From the NCBI GenBank assembly GCA_012295275.1, contig CM022666.1, forward strand, positions 6,758,001-6,822,000: DNA of 64,000 nt, read 5' to 3'. The stretch comes from Chrysomallon squamiferum. Lineage: Eukaryota; Animalia; Mollusca. The notes under the pieces were generated by a model, which searched no databases, had not been told where the DNA came from, and worked only from the letters and a program-made list of their open reading frames with translations. Both the position numbers and the translations under genes were made by a program. Shown in pieces: positions 15,540 through 29,463 of the stretch; position 1 is the first letter of the stretch; each line of letters starts with the position of its first letter.

Positions 15540-15700
15540 ATAATAATAATAGATAAAAACAGTGAAAAATATTAATCACAGTTTTTGTTAATAATAAAGA
15601 TGATAAAATAACAAGTAATAATAATAATAATAATAATAGATAAAAACAGTGAAAGTGATTAATCACAGTAGTATTAATAATAAAGATGATAAAATAATTA

Positions 15701-15745
<45 letters not shown>

Positions 15746-15804
15746 TAAAACAGTGAAAGCGATTAATCACAGTAGTATTAATAATAAAGATGATAAAATA
15801 ACGA

Positions 15805-15840
<36 letters not shown>

Positions 15841-15900
15841 GATAAAAACAGTGAAAAAGATTAATAACAGTAATACTAAAAAATAAAGCTAATAAAATAA
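15540..15900. repeat. Tandem repeat (4 units) with variable (AAT)n
   Basis: ATAAAAACAGTGAAA...ATTAATCACAGT...TAATAATAAAGATGATAAAATA recurs. Confidence 0.85.
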
Positions 15901-16051
15901 TGGTTAATAACAATTACTATAATAATAGTAATAAAACAACAACAACAACAACAACTACAACGAAAACAATAATAACAAAAAAACTGCAGTGGGACTATAT
16001 CACTATTGCTTCTTGACACAAATTTCATTAACTAATTTCATCTTCTTTTTT

Positions 16052-16112
<61 letters not shown>

Positions 16113-16569
16113 ACTTCACTGGTGAATTGATCCTTCTGAAGAAGTAAAAATAAACTGATAAATATTTCATAACCTGACAAAATAAAAACTCTCCTGGTAA
16201 TTTTCATTCCGACCCTAGTCTCCGACTTGCCAGCCATACCTGCCACAATAACTTCTGCCATAGTGGATATAACAACAAGATTGACTGATAAAAGGAATGG
16301 AGGAGTAAACGAAGGAATGAAAGAAAGAATGAAACATGTAGACACTGAACAAAAAAAGAAAGGAAGAATGATAGAAATGTTTTGTATACAATGGCCATCT
16401 TGGTATTTTTGTTTTTTTTAAACTGTATGATATATGATTATGTAATATATATGATATTACATATTATATATATATATATATTTTTGCACATTCTTTAAAT
16501 CTGTATGTGGCATATAAAATAAAAATTTGTGTATTTTTAACTGATGTATTTATGGTCTACTTAGTATTA

Positions 16570-16650
16570 ATGAAAAAGAAACCTGCAACCATTACACAAG
16601 TTATACTTTTTTGGAAACAGTGAGGGATCTTTTAGAAGCAAACATGTACC
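16570..16650 (-). mobile_element. Degenerate SINE core fragment (Nin/Deu-domain-like)
   Basis: Minus strand TAAAAGATCCCTCACTGTTTCCAAAAAAGTA...GCAGGTTTCT. AAAGATCCC followed by an AAGAGTAG-like motif resembles the Nin/Deu SINE core as I recall it; unverified. Confidence 0.35.
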
Positions 16651-17425
16651 TCGATGTTGTTTAATGAATGAATAAAAACATAAATGAATGATTGAATAAA
16701 GAAGTGAAGAAATGAATAAACAAAAAGAACGAACAAATAAATGAAGAATGATGAAATGGCCAACACCAACAAACAAATGAATGACTGAAAAAATATATAA
16801 ATGAAAGAATGATGAAATGACCAAATCATCAAATGAATGACTGAACAAATAAATGAATGAAAGAATGATGAAATGCCCAGATCAACATATAAAATAAAAA
16901 AAAGAATGAATGAATAAATGAATAAACAAATAAAGGGTTTGGTAAATAGCCTACATTCAAAACTGGTTTGTTTGAAAAACTGCAAATCAATGGAACAAAA
17001 CAAGTCATTTTTGTTTCATCACAAGATCTTTCCTCTTTTTTCTTTCTTTAAATTATAATTTCAACTGTTGCCTGGCAACAAGTCAAACCACAGTCATCAA
17101 ACAGCATTCAGCGAAATAAAGATTTATGCAATGACCAACAGATGAATATTACAGATTTAAAACATTATTTTTTTTCTTTCTTTTTCATTTCTTTGACACA
17201 TTTAATATCAAACTTATAATATGTAATGTTTAGAGAAAATACTTTAAAAATCTACACTGTGATAAAACTTGTGCATCTGTAACAAAATATTTTCAAAAAA
17301 GGTGTATAATAAATAATAATAATATAATTATTATTATTATGATCTTGAAATATATTTATGTTTTACATATTTCATTATGATCATCATCATCATCATCATC
17401 ATGATTATTATTATTATTATTATTA

Positions 17426-17481
<56 letters not shown>

Positions 17482-19136
17482 AATTGATCTTTTTTCATAT
17501 AAAAAATAAATAAAATGAAAATTATCTCAAAAGTAAACTCTAAGAAGAACAGCATTAGTAAATGGTGGGCGGGGGAGAGGGAGGTGGAGGGGTGATATGA
17601 AAGAAAGCCCAAAATAATCATTGATGAAACCAGTTTGTTCATCCCTTTTATGGTTTCACTTTTTCTGTTTGTCCTTTTCCAAAAATCCACTTATAACTAT
17701 TGATTTGTGATGAATGTGAAACCTTAATACATGAAACGGTCACATTCAAAAGAGGAAAAAAAAACATTTTATGTTTTAAGTGATTATTTCAGTAAGACCA
17801 ACCATTACTAATTATAAAGGATGTCAGTAATGTAATAGCCATTATTTTGTATATTGTCAAACAGTTATTTAATATTTTTGAATCCAATCTTTGCTGATAA
17901 TAAAGTATGACAGAATAACACATTCCACAAATGTCCATTACTGTATACTGTCAATTATTTAACAGGCTAAAAACTAAACTTTGCCGATAATTAAATCATA
18001 ATAGTAACATAACAAACCAGACACATTAATTTTGGATACTGCCAGTATTTTGTATCTCAGTAAATATATTTAACATAGTAAAGAACACATTTTCCTGACA
18101 CTAAAATATGACGGCAATGCAATATAACCGTTATTTAATATTTTTATTTACTACTGCTGAAGGCCAACCTTTGATGATAATAAAGCACGGCAGTAACGTA
18201 GCAGGCCTGAAATAAATCCCAGAATCTGCCCTGTACAGTACTCGGTGTTGTCTTACATGAAACTGGAAAAACGAAGCCAGACATGACGCCTCTGCCAAAG
18301 ATTTATTAAACACTGTGAATACTAGATTTTATTTCCTCCTCTGACATCAGCTAGAGAATGTCAAGTAAATCACAATCTTATGTCTTACAACCGTAGGAAG
18401 AAGTCTGCTTCAATGCTAATTTCTCACATTAGCAAAACATCATGTAGTATAGACTCATGCTAAACTAAGCTACACTAACAGAAGAATCTTTACAATAAAT
18501 CAAAAGACTGTTTAACTGGAAGTGAAAAGAGACAGATCAGTATCGAGAATTAGAAACGAAATATAAATCTAGCATTACCAGAAGTAACCTTTCTATACAA
18601 TGATCACCTTTCTTTTCACAACTTTCACTACAACAAGCTCATAAGAGATAAATTTTAACACAGATAAAAAAAGATATCTACAAATACGTAAACTGGCTAT
18701 GACCAATATATCCATCCACCCAGATTTACAGATGGTAGACATTATTAAAACAAAACACTTCCTTCGCTTTTTAGGAGACCCATAGAGTTGTCTCCCTTTC
18801 TGTTAATCCACTGAGTCTGAAGAATAAAAGTTACAAGGTTGACACTTAGAATGGAAATTGATGCCTTGAATGGAGAATGAGCACACGAAAGCCCCAAGGA
18901 GGGTTAATCCTGCAAGCAAGCATCAAGTTAGATACATGTCATGGATAAGAACAAAACCTGCAAATCACCCAACCCAGATCTACAATCAATTACACAGTGT
19001 AATTTGTTGTCATGGAAACTGACGGTTAGTGCCAAATTTCAGGTATACACAGTTAATATACCTCTATTAATTAATACTGAAACAAAAAATAATTATATAA
19101 TGTTAACTGTTAAGCAAAATATGGTACTAAGTAAAT

Positions 19137-19168
<32 letters not shown>

Positions 19169-19364
19169 TTATATACATATATAAGAAAACAAGAATAAAG
19201 GAAGGAAAGAAAAGAAGAAAGGCAGGCAGGAAGGAAGGAATATATTCAACGTTACAAATAAATATTACACAGGAGCAGAAACCAATTAAACAGTCACAGA
19301 AAACAGTCGCCAAGTAAATGAAGACAGTAAAGGTAACGAGTTACCACGGAAACGTGACACTTAC

Positions 19365-19514
19365 AAGCATGGCTACAAGACATTCTTCGTCGTATGTAAT
19401 GAGGTCGACGTATTTTTTGAAGCTAACGGAGCGACCGCGATTTCGAGCCCTGAAATGCCACCAGGACAGCATCGTCCTAAACAAATCGGGCACATCACCA
19501 TTCTTCAACACCAT
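19365..19514 (-). CDS. dlg1: Candidate alternative first coding exon of an L27-less Dlg isoform (50 aa)
   Basis: gctATGG start after an in-frame TGA (19544-19542). 150 nt open: MVLKNGDVPDLFRTMLSWWHFRARNRGRSVSFKKYVDLITYDEECLVAML, ending CTT|gtaagt. Phase 0 matches acceptors at 7718 and 6217. CpG-rich. Confidence 0.65.
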
Positions 19515-22500
19515 AGCACCTCGCCGCTGCTGTAGTTGTAGTCACTGCCGTTGCTGTCTTTGTTTCTCCTCTTCACCCCAGTCAACCAATCACGTGAATA
19601 TTTTTTTTTGTTTTTGTTTTCTAACACAACGTGTTGACGTTGTTGTTGTTGTTGTTGTTGTTTTTTTGTTGTTTTTTTTAATTTGTTTTGTGAAGGAGAA
19701 AACTGTAAATGGTTTTAAGAAGAAAAGACACCTGAAATTGACACCAGCGTAGCTGCAGTTGTTACTTTTCAATCCAGATTAAAAGTCGGATAGTCAAACT
19801 GGTGGTTTTCATAAACAACAAAACTGTAATGTCTTACTTCACAATGAATCTTCTGAACAAAATAAAATTCTGGGACAAACAGAGAGAGAAAATTATAAAA
19901 AAAAACAAAGCACAAGACAAAAGCTGTTAAAATATTCAGGTAAAATTTCAAATAACTTGCTTAAATCCTTTCGTGTCCATTAACACTTATCACACACTGA
20001 CAGATTTCAGAACAGACAGTCAGACTGACATCTAAAAGCGCTGATGCAAAGGACTCCATTAAAATTAATCACAATAGATTTTGTTGTGTTTTTTTTTTCT
20101 TCACGTCTCTCTGTAAAATTGGTGGATTCAGATAAAAAGTCTGGCTTACCAATCAAAAGCCGACAGGTGTATCCGTTTTGTGTGAACGTATCCAATAGCA
20201 ACCAGTAGCTTCTTCAGGATCATCATCCAAAGTCAGCTGTTTTAGTTTCACACAATAAAGTCCATTAAAAATTACTTTTCAATTTTCATTTAACACATGG
20301 GAATGTACAATAATGCTAAAAAAGGAAATTTAAAAGCATTTTTTTTCTCTCTCTTTTACGTCTGAATAATGAATGAAAAAAAAAGAGATATTTTTAATAA
20401 TTTACAAGTAACTGTTTGCAGTAAACAAATTTGAATTATCTAGATAATAACTGAAATGGTAAAAATTTGCTTCTGAAGCTTTTTCTCGTTTTTTTCAAAT
20501 TTTTTCCTTTCCTGTATTTATACAGAATTTTAAGTATCTCAGTTTATCAACCAGGCCAATAAAATATCCCAATAAAATATTTCTTAAATTCTGTGTGGAA
20601 ATGAAATCTTGTGTTTAATCAACAAGTGATTAAAAAAACAGTTTAAATCTCTAGGTAAATAAAAATTAATCTGTATATGAATTAAAACTGATATATTCAA
20701 CATATAATCCTGTTATCAGAGAAGTGAAATAAACTGGTATATCGCACAACGGATGGTTGAATACAGAATTAAAATTCCTCTGCAAAGCTAGAACAAAATA
20801 TATTTTGTTGCTGACAATTCCCACAACAGAATCCTGTAGCAAAAACAAGAACAATAAATAATAATAATGTTTGGAAAAAAATTATCCTGAAAAGTGTATC
20901 ATCAAAGAATTCACTTCATGGATTAAAATTGAAATAAAGTCTTTATTTCTTAATTTTTGTTGTTTGTTTTTTTAATTGAATCCATTAGTTCCAATCATGA
21001 ATCCATTTACAAAATTGCAGTTAATAAAAATAATTTATATAAAATAATCCAACTAATAGTTAGAAGCAGATTTCAAATCCTCGGTACTATCAGACAAATT
21101 TTCGTTGTAAGTCTTTCACAGGTTCAAATCCACTGTAAATCTCTTTCACAAATCCATTTTTTATTTAATTTTTTTTTTTTTTAATTTCTCCGATAACTAT
21201 AAGAACAAGACACCACAAATGCAATAAAAATCCAAAGTAAATCGTGCTCACAAATCCATTTTTGAAATTTTCCATCAGCTGTCAGATCACATAACCATGT
21301 AACCATTGATCCAGAGAGAACGCCATAAAAACCCCACAATAACTGTATCAATGCTCAGATCAATCTAATTGCAAAATATGGAGAAAAATAATAAAAAAAA
21401 AACAAGAACCAGAAACTAGATAACTATAAAAAAACACCTAAAAAAAAATAAAATAAAACGTTAAAAAAAAAGCTCTTGCTCTTCAGATCAGTTAAATAAA
21501 GTGGCATATTTTATTTATGATCTGGAAACCCTCACTTCTCTCGTTACAGTTTTCTGCAGGCGTTGTGACCCATCAGGATCTGAAAACGCAGTAATTAGCC
21601 TCCGAAGTTATCAATCCATGCAACAACGTGTTTCAGCGTCTCGGGCGAAGAAGCTGCACCGGATGATGTACTCGCCGAGCCAACAGAGCGCTCTCGATAT
21701 TCACCGTGACTGAACAACATCGTCGACAAGGACTAATTCAAACCTAAAGCTTCCCTTCGACAGAAAAAGTGAAGCGATATCGGCGGAGAAGCCATGTTAA
21801 TCTGTTTTCTTGGGAGGGCAAGCAATCAGACCAACTCTCTCGGAACGTGGAACAAAAACCCGGAACGTCGAGGACTAAAAGCAGACAATTATGACAATTT
21901 CCTCTCAAATTATTCTCTCTCTATCTGACATGAGACACAGAGATAGAGAGAGAGAGAGAATGAGGAAAAGAAAGAGAAAAAAAAAAGGGAAAATAAAACA
22001 AAGGAGAATAGAGATTTAAAAAATACAACAAAAGAAAAATGAGCTGAATTTATATGGTAGCCATGGAGATGGGATATGCCATGTATGTGATACCCATTCG
22101 TACAGTAAGAATTATATTATACTTTCTGGTGGAAACTACCAGTTTTAATTTGCTTTTCTGTGTTGTGAATGGGCTAGTGTAGACATCTTCAGCGTGGCTA
22201 TTAATGTCACAATCACAAGCTGAAAATGTGCTCTCGATCAATACGACAGTGTTTAGCAGGAACCAGACTTCCTAAAATGTCACACGCCATTGTGTTCACG
22301 CATCAGTGAACATGTTGTGTGCTAGATTAGTTTAAATTTCAAACAGCATGTTTTTAAAATAATTATGCTGATAAAAATAAAACAAAAATGGGCTAACATC
22401 AATATGCGTAAACTTTCTCTCGTTTTCAAATTTGCCTCACATCTGCCAGACATTCTTATTATTTGCAATGCATAGTTTTTATTTCCCTTTTGCTAAATCT

Positions 22501-22515
22501 TTCTGTCTGTCTGTC

Positions 22516-22611
<96 letters not shown>

Positions 22612-22830
22612 TTATTCTCAATCTTTTAATACTGTCCAAATGAACCAAACCATCTCACACAACTGTTTTGTGTTAAATTCAAATTTCTTTTCAGTCTCTC
22701 TCTCTCTCTCTCTCTCCTTTGACTTTCTCTCCCTTTCATGCCACTCTCTTCTTTCTTTCCATCCTGTCTTTCATCTGTCCATCCTCTGTAGATATCATCT
22801 CTATCATTAATACCCACACTTACAGATACC

Positions 22831-22893
<63 letters not shown>

Positions 22894-23884
22894 CCATACA
22901 CATACATAAGAAATACACACATACATAACAAACACACACAAAACAATAATAAACAAAAATAAAATCAATAAAGTAATATCTGACAGTTATTACCCATACA
23001 GCCTTCAGTGATTTTATTCAACAACTGAAAAACCCAACCATACTACTGGGTTTCTTTTTTACAGAGATGTCTTCACAGAGAAAGCCAGGCACACAAAACA
23101 ACAGTAGCAGAACTTTCAAGGGAAATTAACCATTAATCAAGGACAGAATCAGTGAGGAAAAAAGAAAACCGACAATACAAGCTCATGGAAACTGTACACT
23201 TAGAATACACATCTGGATTGGACAGCGCTTTGTGATAGCAAAATCAATGACATCTGTCAAACTGCAGTTTTTAATTCTCCTGCAGACAAAGAGTAGTGAC
23301 ATCTATACAACACTTTTCTTCAACACAGTCCCAGGATAAATGGATGGATGGATGGATGGATTGGTAGATAGATAGATAGATGGATGGATAGATAGATGGA
23401 TGGATTGATGGATTGATGGACTGATGAATGAACAACTGAATGATGTAAGTAAAACAGTGCAAAATTTTAATGCACACAGAAATATAATGGTGATATTGCA
23501 TACGTAATTTTTCTTCGACTAACTCATAGAATCAATGGATGTGTGGATGTACAGTTGGACAGATGGATGGATGTGTGGATGGATGGATGGATAGGCAAAT
23601 GATAGGTGTTGGTAAACTGTCCAGATTTTAATACACACAGAAATATAAAAACAAAATGTATAAACCAATTTTTCTCAAATCGGTCACAGAATGAATGGAT
23701 GGTTGAATGAATGAATGATGGATGGATGGATGGATGGTAAATGAATGAGTGAATAATGAACAAATATCTCTCAGCATTTTTAAAGCTACATTTGACTTCT
23801 GTATTATAAATAAAAAGACTGATCTTTCACATCGCGCATAACAATGTTAAATACACCAAAAAATAGAGTGAAAAAAGTTTTTTT

Positions 23885-23990
23885 AATCATGGCTGGAACA
23901 AGAAAAGAGTCTTAATTGGACAGTATCGAGAGCTGATCCACTGACAAACTGCACCTCAGACACTAAGCAGTGAGCCAAACTGTGCCTCCA
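23885..23990 (-). mobile_element. Degenerate SINE head fragment
   Basis: Minus strand reads TTGGCTCACTG...GGATCAGCTC...TTTCTTGTTCCAGCCA, the same order of motifs as 41600-41720. Confidence 0.4.
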
Positions 23991-24169
23991 AATGTCCATT
24001 AACCAGGAATATGCTCGCATAACAAGAAATAATGACATCTCATGTGTGTAATAAACACAGATATTTATTTTAAAATGGTTATTCAGCTGACAAAATCATG
24101 ACAAGGAATTTAACTTGGAATCTCTGTGGGTCATCCTAGTAGCATGCGCCACTATTTATAGCTCATCTT

Positions 24170-24990
24170 AGACACACAGACACACAGACACACACACACA
24201 AACTCAATTATTAGCAATCAATGAACAGACAACTCAGAACAGTGCCTTAATCCACATAAAGATCAAGCAGATATTTCATGGTCACCAAAGCCACATTGTC
24301 TGCCTAATTCTAGTGAACTTAAGTTTAGACAGACACACAGACACACAACTCAGTTATTAGTAATCAATGAACACTGATAGTTCAAGCACATATTTCGTGG
24401 TCACAAAGGCCACATTGTCTGCCGGTGTAAGTATAAAATAAAGAAAACACAGACAAACACAATTCAATTATTTGTAATCAATGGACATTTCCGAACAATG
24501 CATTAATTCAGTGAAAGTTCAAGCAGATATTTTGTGGACATAAAGCCATACTGTCTATCCAAAACTGTTATAGTACAGAAGTATAGTAAAGTACAGTATA
24601 GTATTGTATCATATCATATAATAGAGAATAGTATGGTATAGAATGGTATAGTTTAGTACAGTATAAAATAACATTAATAATATAGTATAGTATAGTAAAT
24701 TAAGATATAATATGGTATTAATATTATATTGTACAGAAAAGTGTTTTATTATATGGTAATGCATGGTATAAAATATTGTAGTATAGAATAGCTCAGAATT
24801 CAATCATCAGTAATCTATAGCTTATAAATCGAGAAATGGTTCAAGCATGCAAATCATGGACATGTGCTGTCTACCCAATTTTAGTAAAATACTGTATGAC
24901 ATGCACACAATTCAATTTACCAGTCATCACACATTCTCTACAGCGCACAGATCAAGCGAAGATTCAAGCATGTAAGTCATGGACACGCAA
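24170..24990. repeat. Degenerate ~120-150-bp tandem repeat interrupted by (TATAG)n-like DNA
   Basis: CACAA(C/T)TCAATTATTAG.AATCAATG...TCAAGCA.ATATTTC.TGG.CAC..AAGCCACATTGTCT recurs 3-5 times. Confidence 0.75.
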
Positions 24991-25798
24991 ACTCTGTTAA
25001 TTACTAATGTCAGACATTCATTTACACATGCTGTATTCTTCTCCCTCTTGTCCTGTTCAGCACTGGAATAAATTTCATTCACACTTCAATGAACCACTCA
25101 CATGTTGAAGAAGATTGGATAAAAAAAACGTTATCATGGCTGTACATTTTCTCGTTAACTCAGGCCAGAGGCTAGTAGCAGGAACTGAACTCCGTATCTG
25201 ACGAGCCTAATCTGATTACTTAACCATAAAAACATCAGGACTTGTCTGTTAGTAAGAACTTGATAGTAACAACAAAAAAAAGTTAATCAAATATGGTAGA
25301 CATCGTAACACAATGGTCGATAAATAAATGTTGTTTGATATACCTAAATATATTTTAGGCAGCAAATTTAATGTTATTAAAGCAATGGTAAAGAGATATA
25401 TAGCTTGTATGTCAGGGTTTTTCTTGTGTTTTGTTTTTTTAAATCATTATTATATTTTTTTAATCATTATTTGAAAAAGTCAACCGATTTCCTTAAAAGC
25501 CAATTAGCAAGAGAAAAAAAATATAAACTGATTATTATTCTTTAAAGATAGTCTCAAGAGTTTAAAAAAAATATTTATATATATTGTTTTTAAATTAAAC
25601 AAAAATATATTTTTTTAATTTTTCTTTTTTACTGTTGTTTCTTTCTTTAAAATTTTTGTTTTTATTTATTGGTATATTTGCTGTTTTTATTATTTATTTT
25701 ATTTTCAGTTTTATTTCTTTCTTTTTAAATTATTTATGTTAGTTTCCTATATTCTCTGATCAGAACACCCCACACAAAACACTAACATACATTTATGT

Positions 25799-25855
<57 letters not shown>

Positions 25856-26043
25856 AAATTGTAACAACAAAAAGATAATCAATGATTTTTTCTTATGCAA
25901 AAACCCCATAAACTGTAATATACATATTTATGATCACTTTGTCATCTGCATTAATTATCAACAAACTGAATAAATGAATAAATAAATGATTCTGAAGGAC
26001 AAACCATTCACCATTGTGTCTGTATTTTACAAAAGAAAAGCTT

Positions 26044-26087
<44 letters not shown>

Positions 26088-26963
26088 CAATAACGACAGT
26101 AATAGGAGTAGTAATAGTAATGCAAGTAATAGTAGTTGTTATTATTGTTGTAATAACGTTTAATAATATTATTGGAAATAATAATATTAATAACAAAAAT
26201 AATTAATTATAAGTAAAGTGTAATAATAAGCATGATAACATTACTACACTACTACTGTTACTACTACTACTAATAATAATAATAAAAAGAAGATGATTAA
26301 AAAGAAAAAGATGATATAAAAGAATAATTAGAAATGTATAAAAAAAAAAATAATAATAATAATAAATAAAAAAGTAACATTAAATCTAAAACCTAAATTA
26401 AAACACGAGAAAAAAAAAAAAAAAAAAAAAAAAAACTCCTGCTTTCATCTTCTTTCGCAAAAATTTTTTAAATAAAGAACAAACAAGATTAAATGATATC
26501 AAAATGAAATCTTGCATCCTTCATAAAGCTTCAATTTACTAACATCTGACACAAAAGGATTATGGTGATACAGACTTTTTCAACTGATTAATCAATCAGT
26601 GAATGGGTAACAAAACAACCACATTAATTAGTAGTCATTATAATGTGACCTAAACTTTTAGCACCAATAGTATTTCATCATTATATCCACCAATAGAATT
26701 CCTTGACTGTTAGAACCAATGGAATGTCAAGACTGTGAGCACCATGGTGACAAGGGGTCATGCAAAGTGTAACCTTTGATCTCATTAATCTATCATCAGG
26801 CTGTCAAGATGTTTAGGAAAGTTTCAATCAAATTCTCATAAACTGGCAAATTATTTTTTGTTTTAATGATTTAGTTGGGCTGTATGTGTGTGAGGTGAGA
26901 GGGTCCAGTGATGAGTGTAGAAATTTAAAATAAAAAAAATAAATGAATTATAAAATATATGAT

Positions 26964-27021
<58 letters not shown>

Positions 27022-28348
27022 CAATGTCAAAATATTAACAGAAATATTAACTTTTTAATATATATAAACAAACAAAATGATTAATTATTAATAAAAAAAT
27101 AATAATAAGATACGTTCATAAAATGTAAAAAAATAATAATAAATAGCCTAAGAAAAATATAAATAAAAAAAATAATAAATAATAATAATAATAAAGAAAA
27201 TAATCTGCAAAACATGAAAACAGAAATGCAATCTAGTCATTATGAAGAAGAAAAATAAATTGCACACACAAACACACACACACACATTAAAAACAAACAC
27301 TGAGTTAGAAATAAAGATCTAATACACTGCAACAGATTAATAAATTAAAACATGCTAAAATGTAATCAAATGAATAGATATATATAATTTAACAAACTGT
27401 TAAAGTAATAGGTTTTCTTCTTTTTTTCTATTCGTTTTTTTTTTTTTTCTTTCCATTCTTTCTAGAACCATCTACCATAAAATAGAGTGTGCATATTTTT
27501 ATAATATACTCAATACAAAATTACACATTTGGCTTTTCTAATGATCAACACATATCAAGTTACAGGCCGAACATCTTATTTGTTCTTTCTTTCTTTCATT
27601 TATTCTGTACCTCCTATATTTCCATATTCATTTATTTGAAAAGACCAGAAACAAAAATTACACATTTTACAATCACAACAATCAAGAGTATATAATTCAT
27701 TAACAAGGAATAAGCCATCAATTTTTATCTTTTCTTTTTTTTTTTTCTTTTCATTTCTTCTCCCTCACCATTACCGTGTGCATATTTTAATTTGAAAAAG
27801 ACTCAGACAAGGTTTTTACAGTAGGTAAAATTTAAAAACTTTCTTCTAACAGTCAGCAATAAACATATTCATTCAAAATAGGTTTCATTGTGTGTTCCCT
27901 CATTCATTGCAACAACCCCAACATTTTTATTTATTCTGATGGATTCAAATCAAAATTTCATACTTTGCTACAATTAATGTATTATTTCTTTTTATTTATG
28001 ATTATTATTTTCTATATTCTTACAATCTATTTATCTGCATTTTTTATATATAGTCATTATAAATATTTGTTGTTTTTTCTCTCTCATTATCCCCACCCCA
28101 AACAACATCCCCCATGAAAAACAGAATATTTTGATTTACTTTGAAAGACTCAAAACAAAAATTTCACATTCATTTTCAAAGACCAATGGTTTCTTTTTTA
28201 TTTTTTATTTTTCTACCTTCCATTACATTTTTTCTTTCATTACCCCTATTAACATCAATATCAAAAACAGGATATTTCTCTTTATTTTGAAATACATAAA
28301 AATTTCAGTTTCACTATATACGTATTCATTATCAATGACTAATGTTGT

Positions 28349-28380
<32 letters not shown>

Positions 28381-28578
28381 CATCTTTCTTTTTTATCTCC
28401 TTACCCCTACTCCTATCACCATCAAAATCAGAATATTTTTTATTAATTTTGAAAGACTCAAACAAAAATTTCGCATTCAGTTCCGCTACATACATTGATT
28501 TTCAAAAACCAATTCATTTTGGTTTTTTAGGGTTTTTTTTTTTTTTTTTTTTCCTTTTTTTATAAATTATTTTTTCTT

Positions 28579-28624
<46 letters not shown>

Positions 28625-29430
28625 ACTATACATATAGTTCTGGACACATTTCGTGTCCACTGTAATGAGCTGAAATAATGAAACGTCAAGTCGGGGTGTC
28701 TCACTACAAAAAAAACCAAACTTGTCAGACTCGAAATCCACCAGCTTTAAACGAACACGCCTCATAAAACCATCGCCTTCCTGTCAATTAAAGCGAAGCC
28801 AGCAAACCAGCGATGAAAAAACAAGCACGATCACGCCAAAGTAAATGACCATCTCGCAAGAATATCTGGTTTTTAACGAGCCAAAAAAAAAAAAAAAAAA
28901 AAAAACTCGACTAATGGAATGGATATAATTTTTGGAGAAGAAGAAGAAGAAGAAGAAGACAAAAAAAAATAAAAAATAAAAAGTTATTTTAATCAATCAT
29001 TGTTGATGAGGGGGGAAATGATGAGGTAGGGAAAAAAAAAAAAAAAAATGACTTCATTTTTGTCTTAATTTGTTATGTGAAACAGAAAAAGAAAGATAAA
29101 ACCAAATGCGTGTGTAATGTTTTTTTTTTTTTTTTTTCTTCATCTTCCTGATTTATTTAATTAAAATTAATGTATTATTTGCTATTATTTGTTTTTTCTT
29201 TTATTTCGTTTAATATAATTTATTTACTACATTCTTACAATTTCATTTTTTTAATTTTTTTTTTTTTTTTTTTTTTAGGTTTATTTAGTTTGTATATTTA
29301 TTATAATTTGAGAAAATTAAGAAAATGATACTCACATTAAATAAAACTAAACACAACTGTATTTTATTTCTCTATCCATTTTTCTTAAAACAAAATAAAA
29401 CTGCAAAATAAAAAATTACTTCAAATTGTA

Positions 29431-29463
<33 letters not shown>

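Noticed and set aside
19318-19752. 144-aa plus-strand ORF
   Set aside because: Antisense shadow of the candidate Dlg first exon running into (GTT)n and poly-T; no recognisable domain.
20150-20226. MMILKKLLVAIGYVHTKRIHLSAFD segment ending TG|gtaagc
   Set aside because: Phase 2 is incompatible with the next downstream Dlg acceptors (phase 0); at most a UTR exon.
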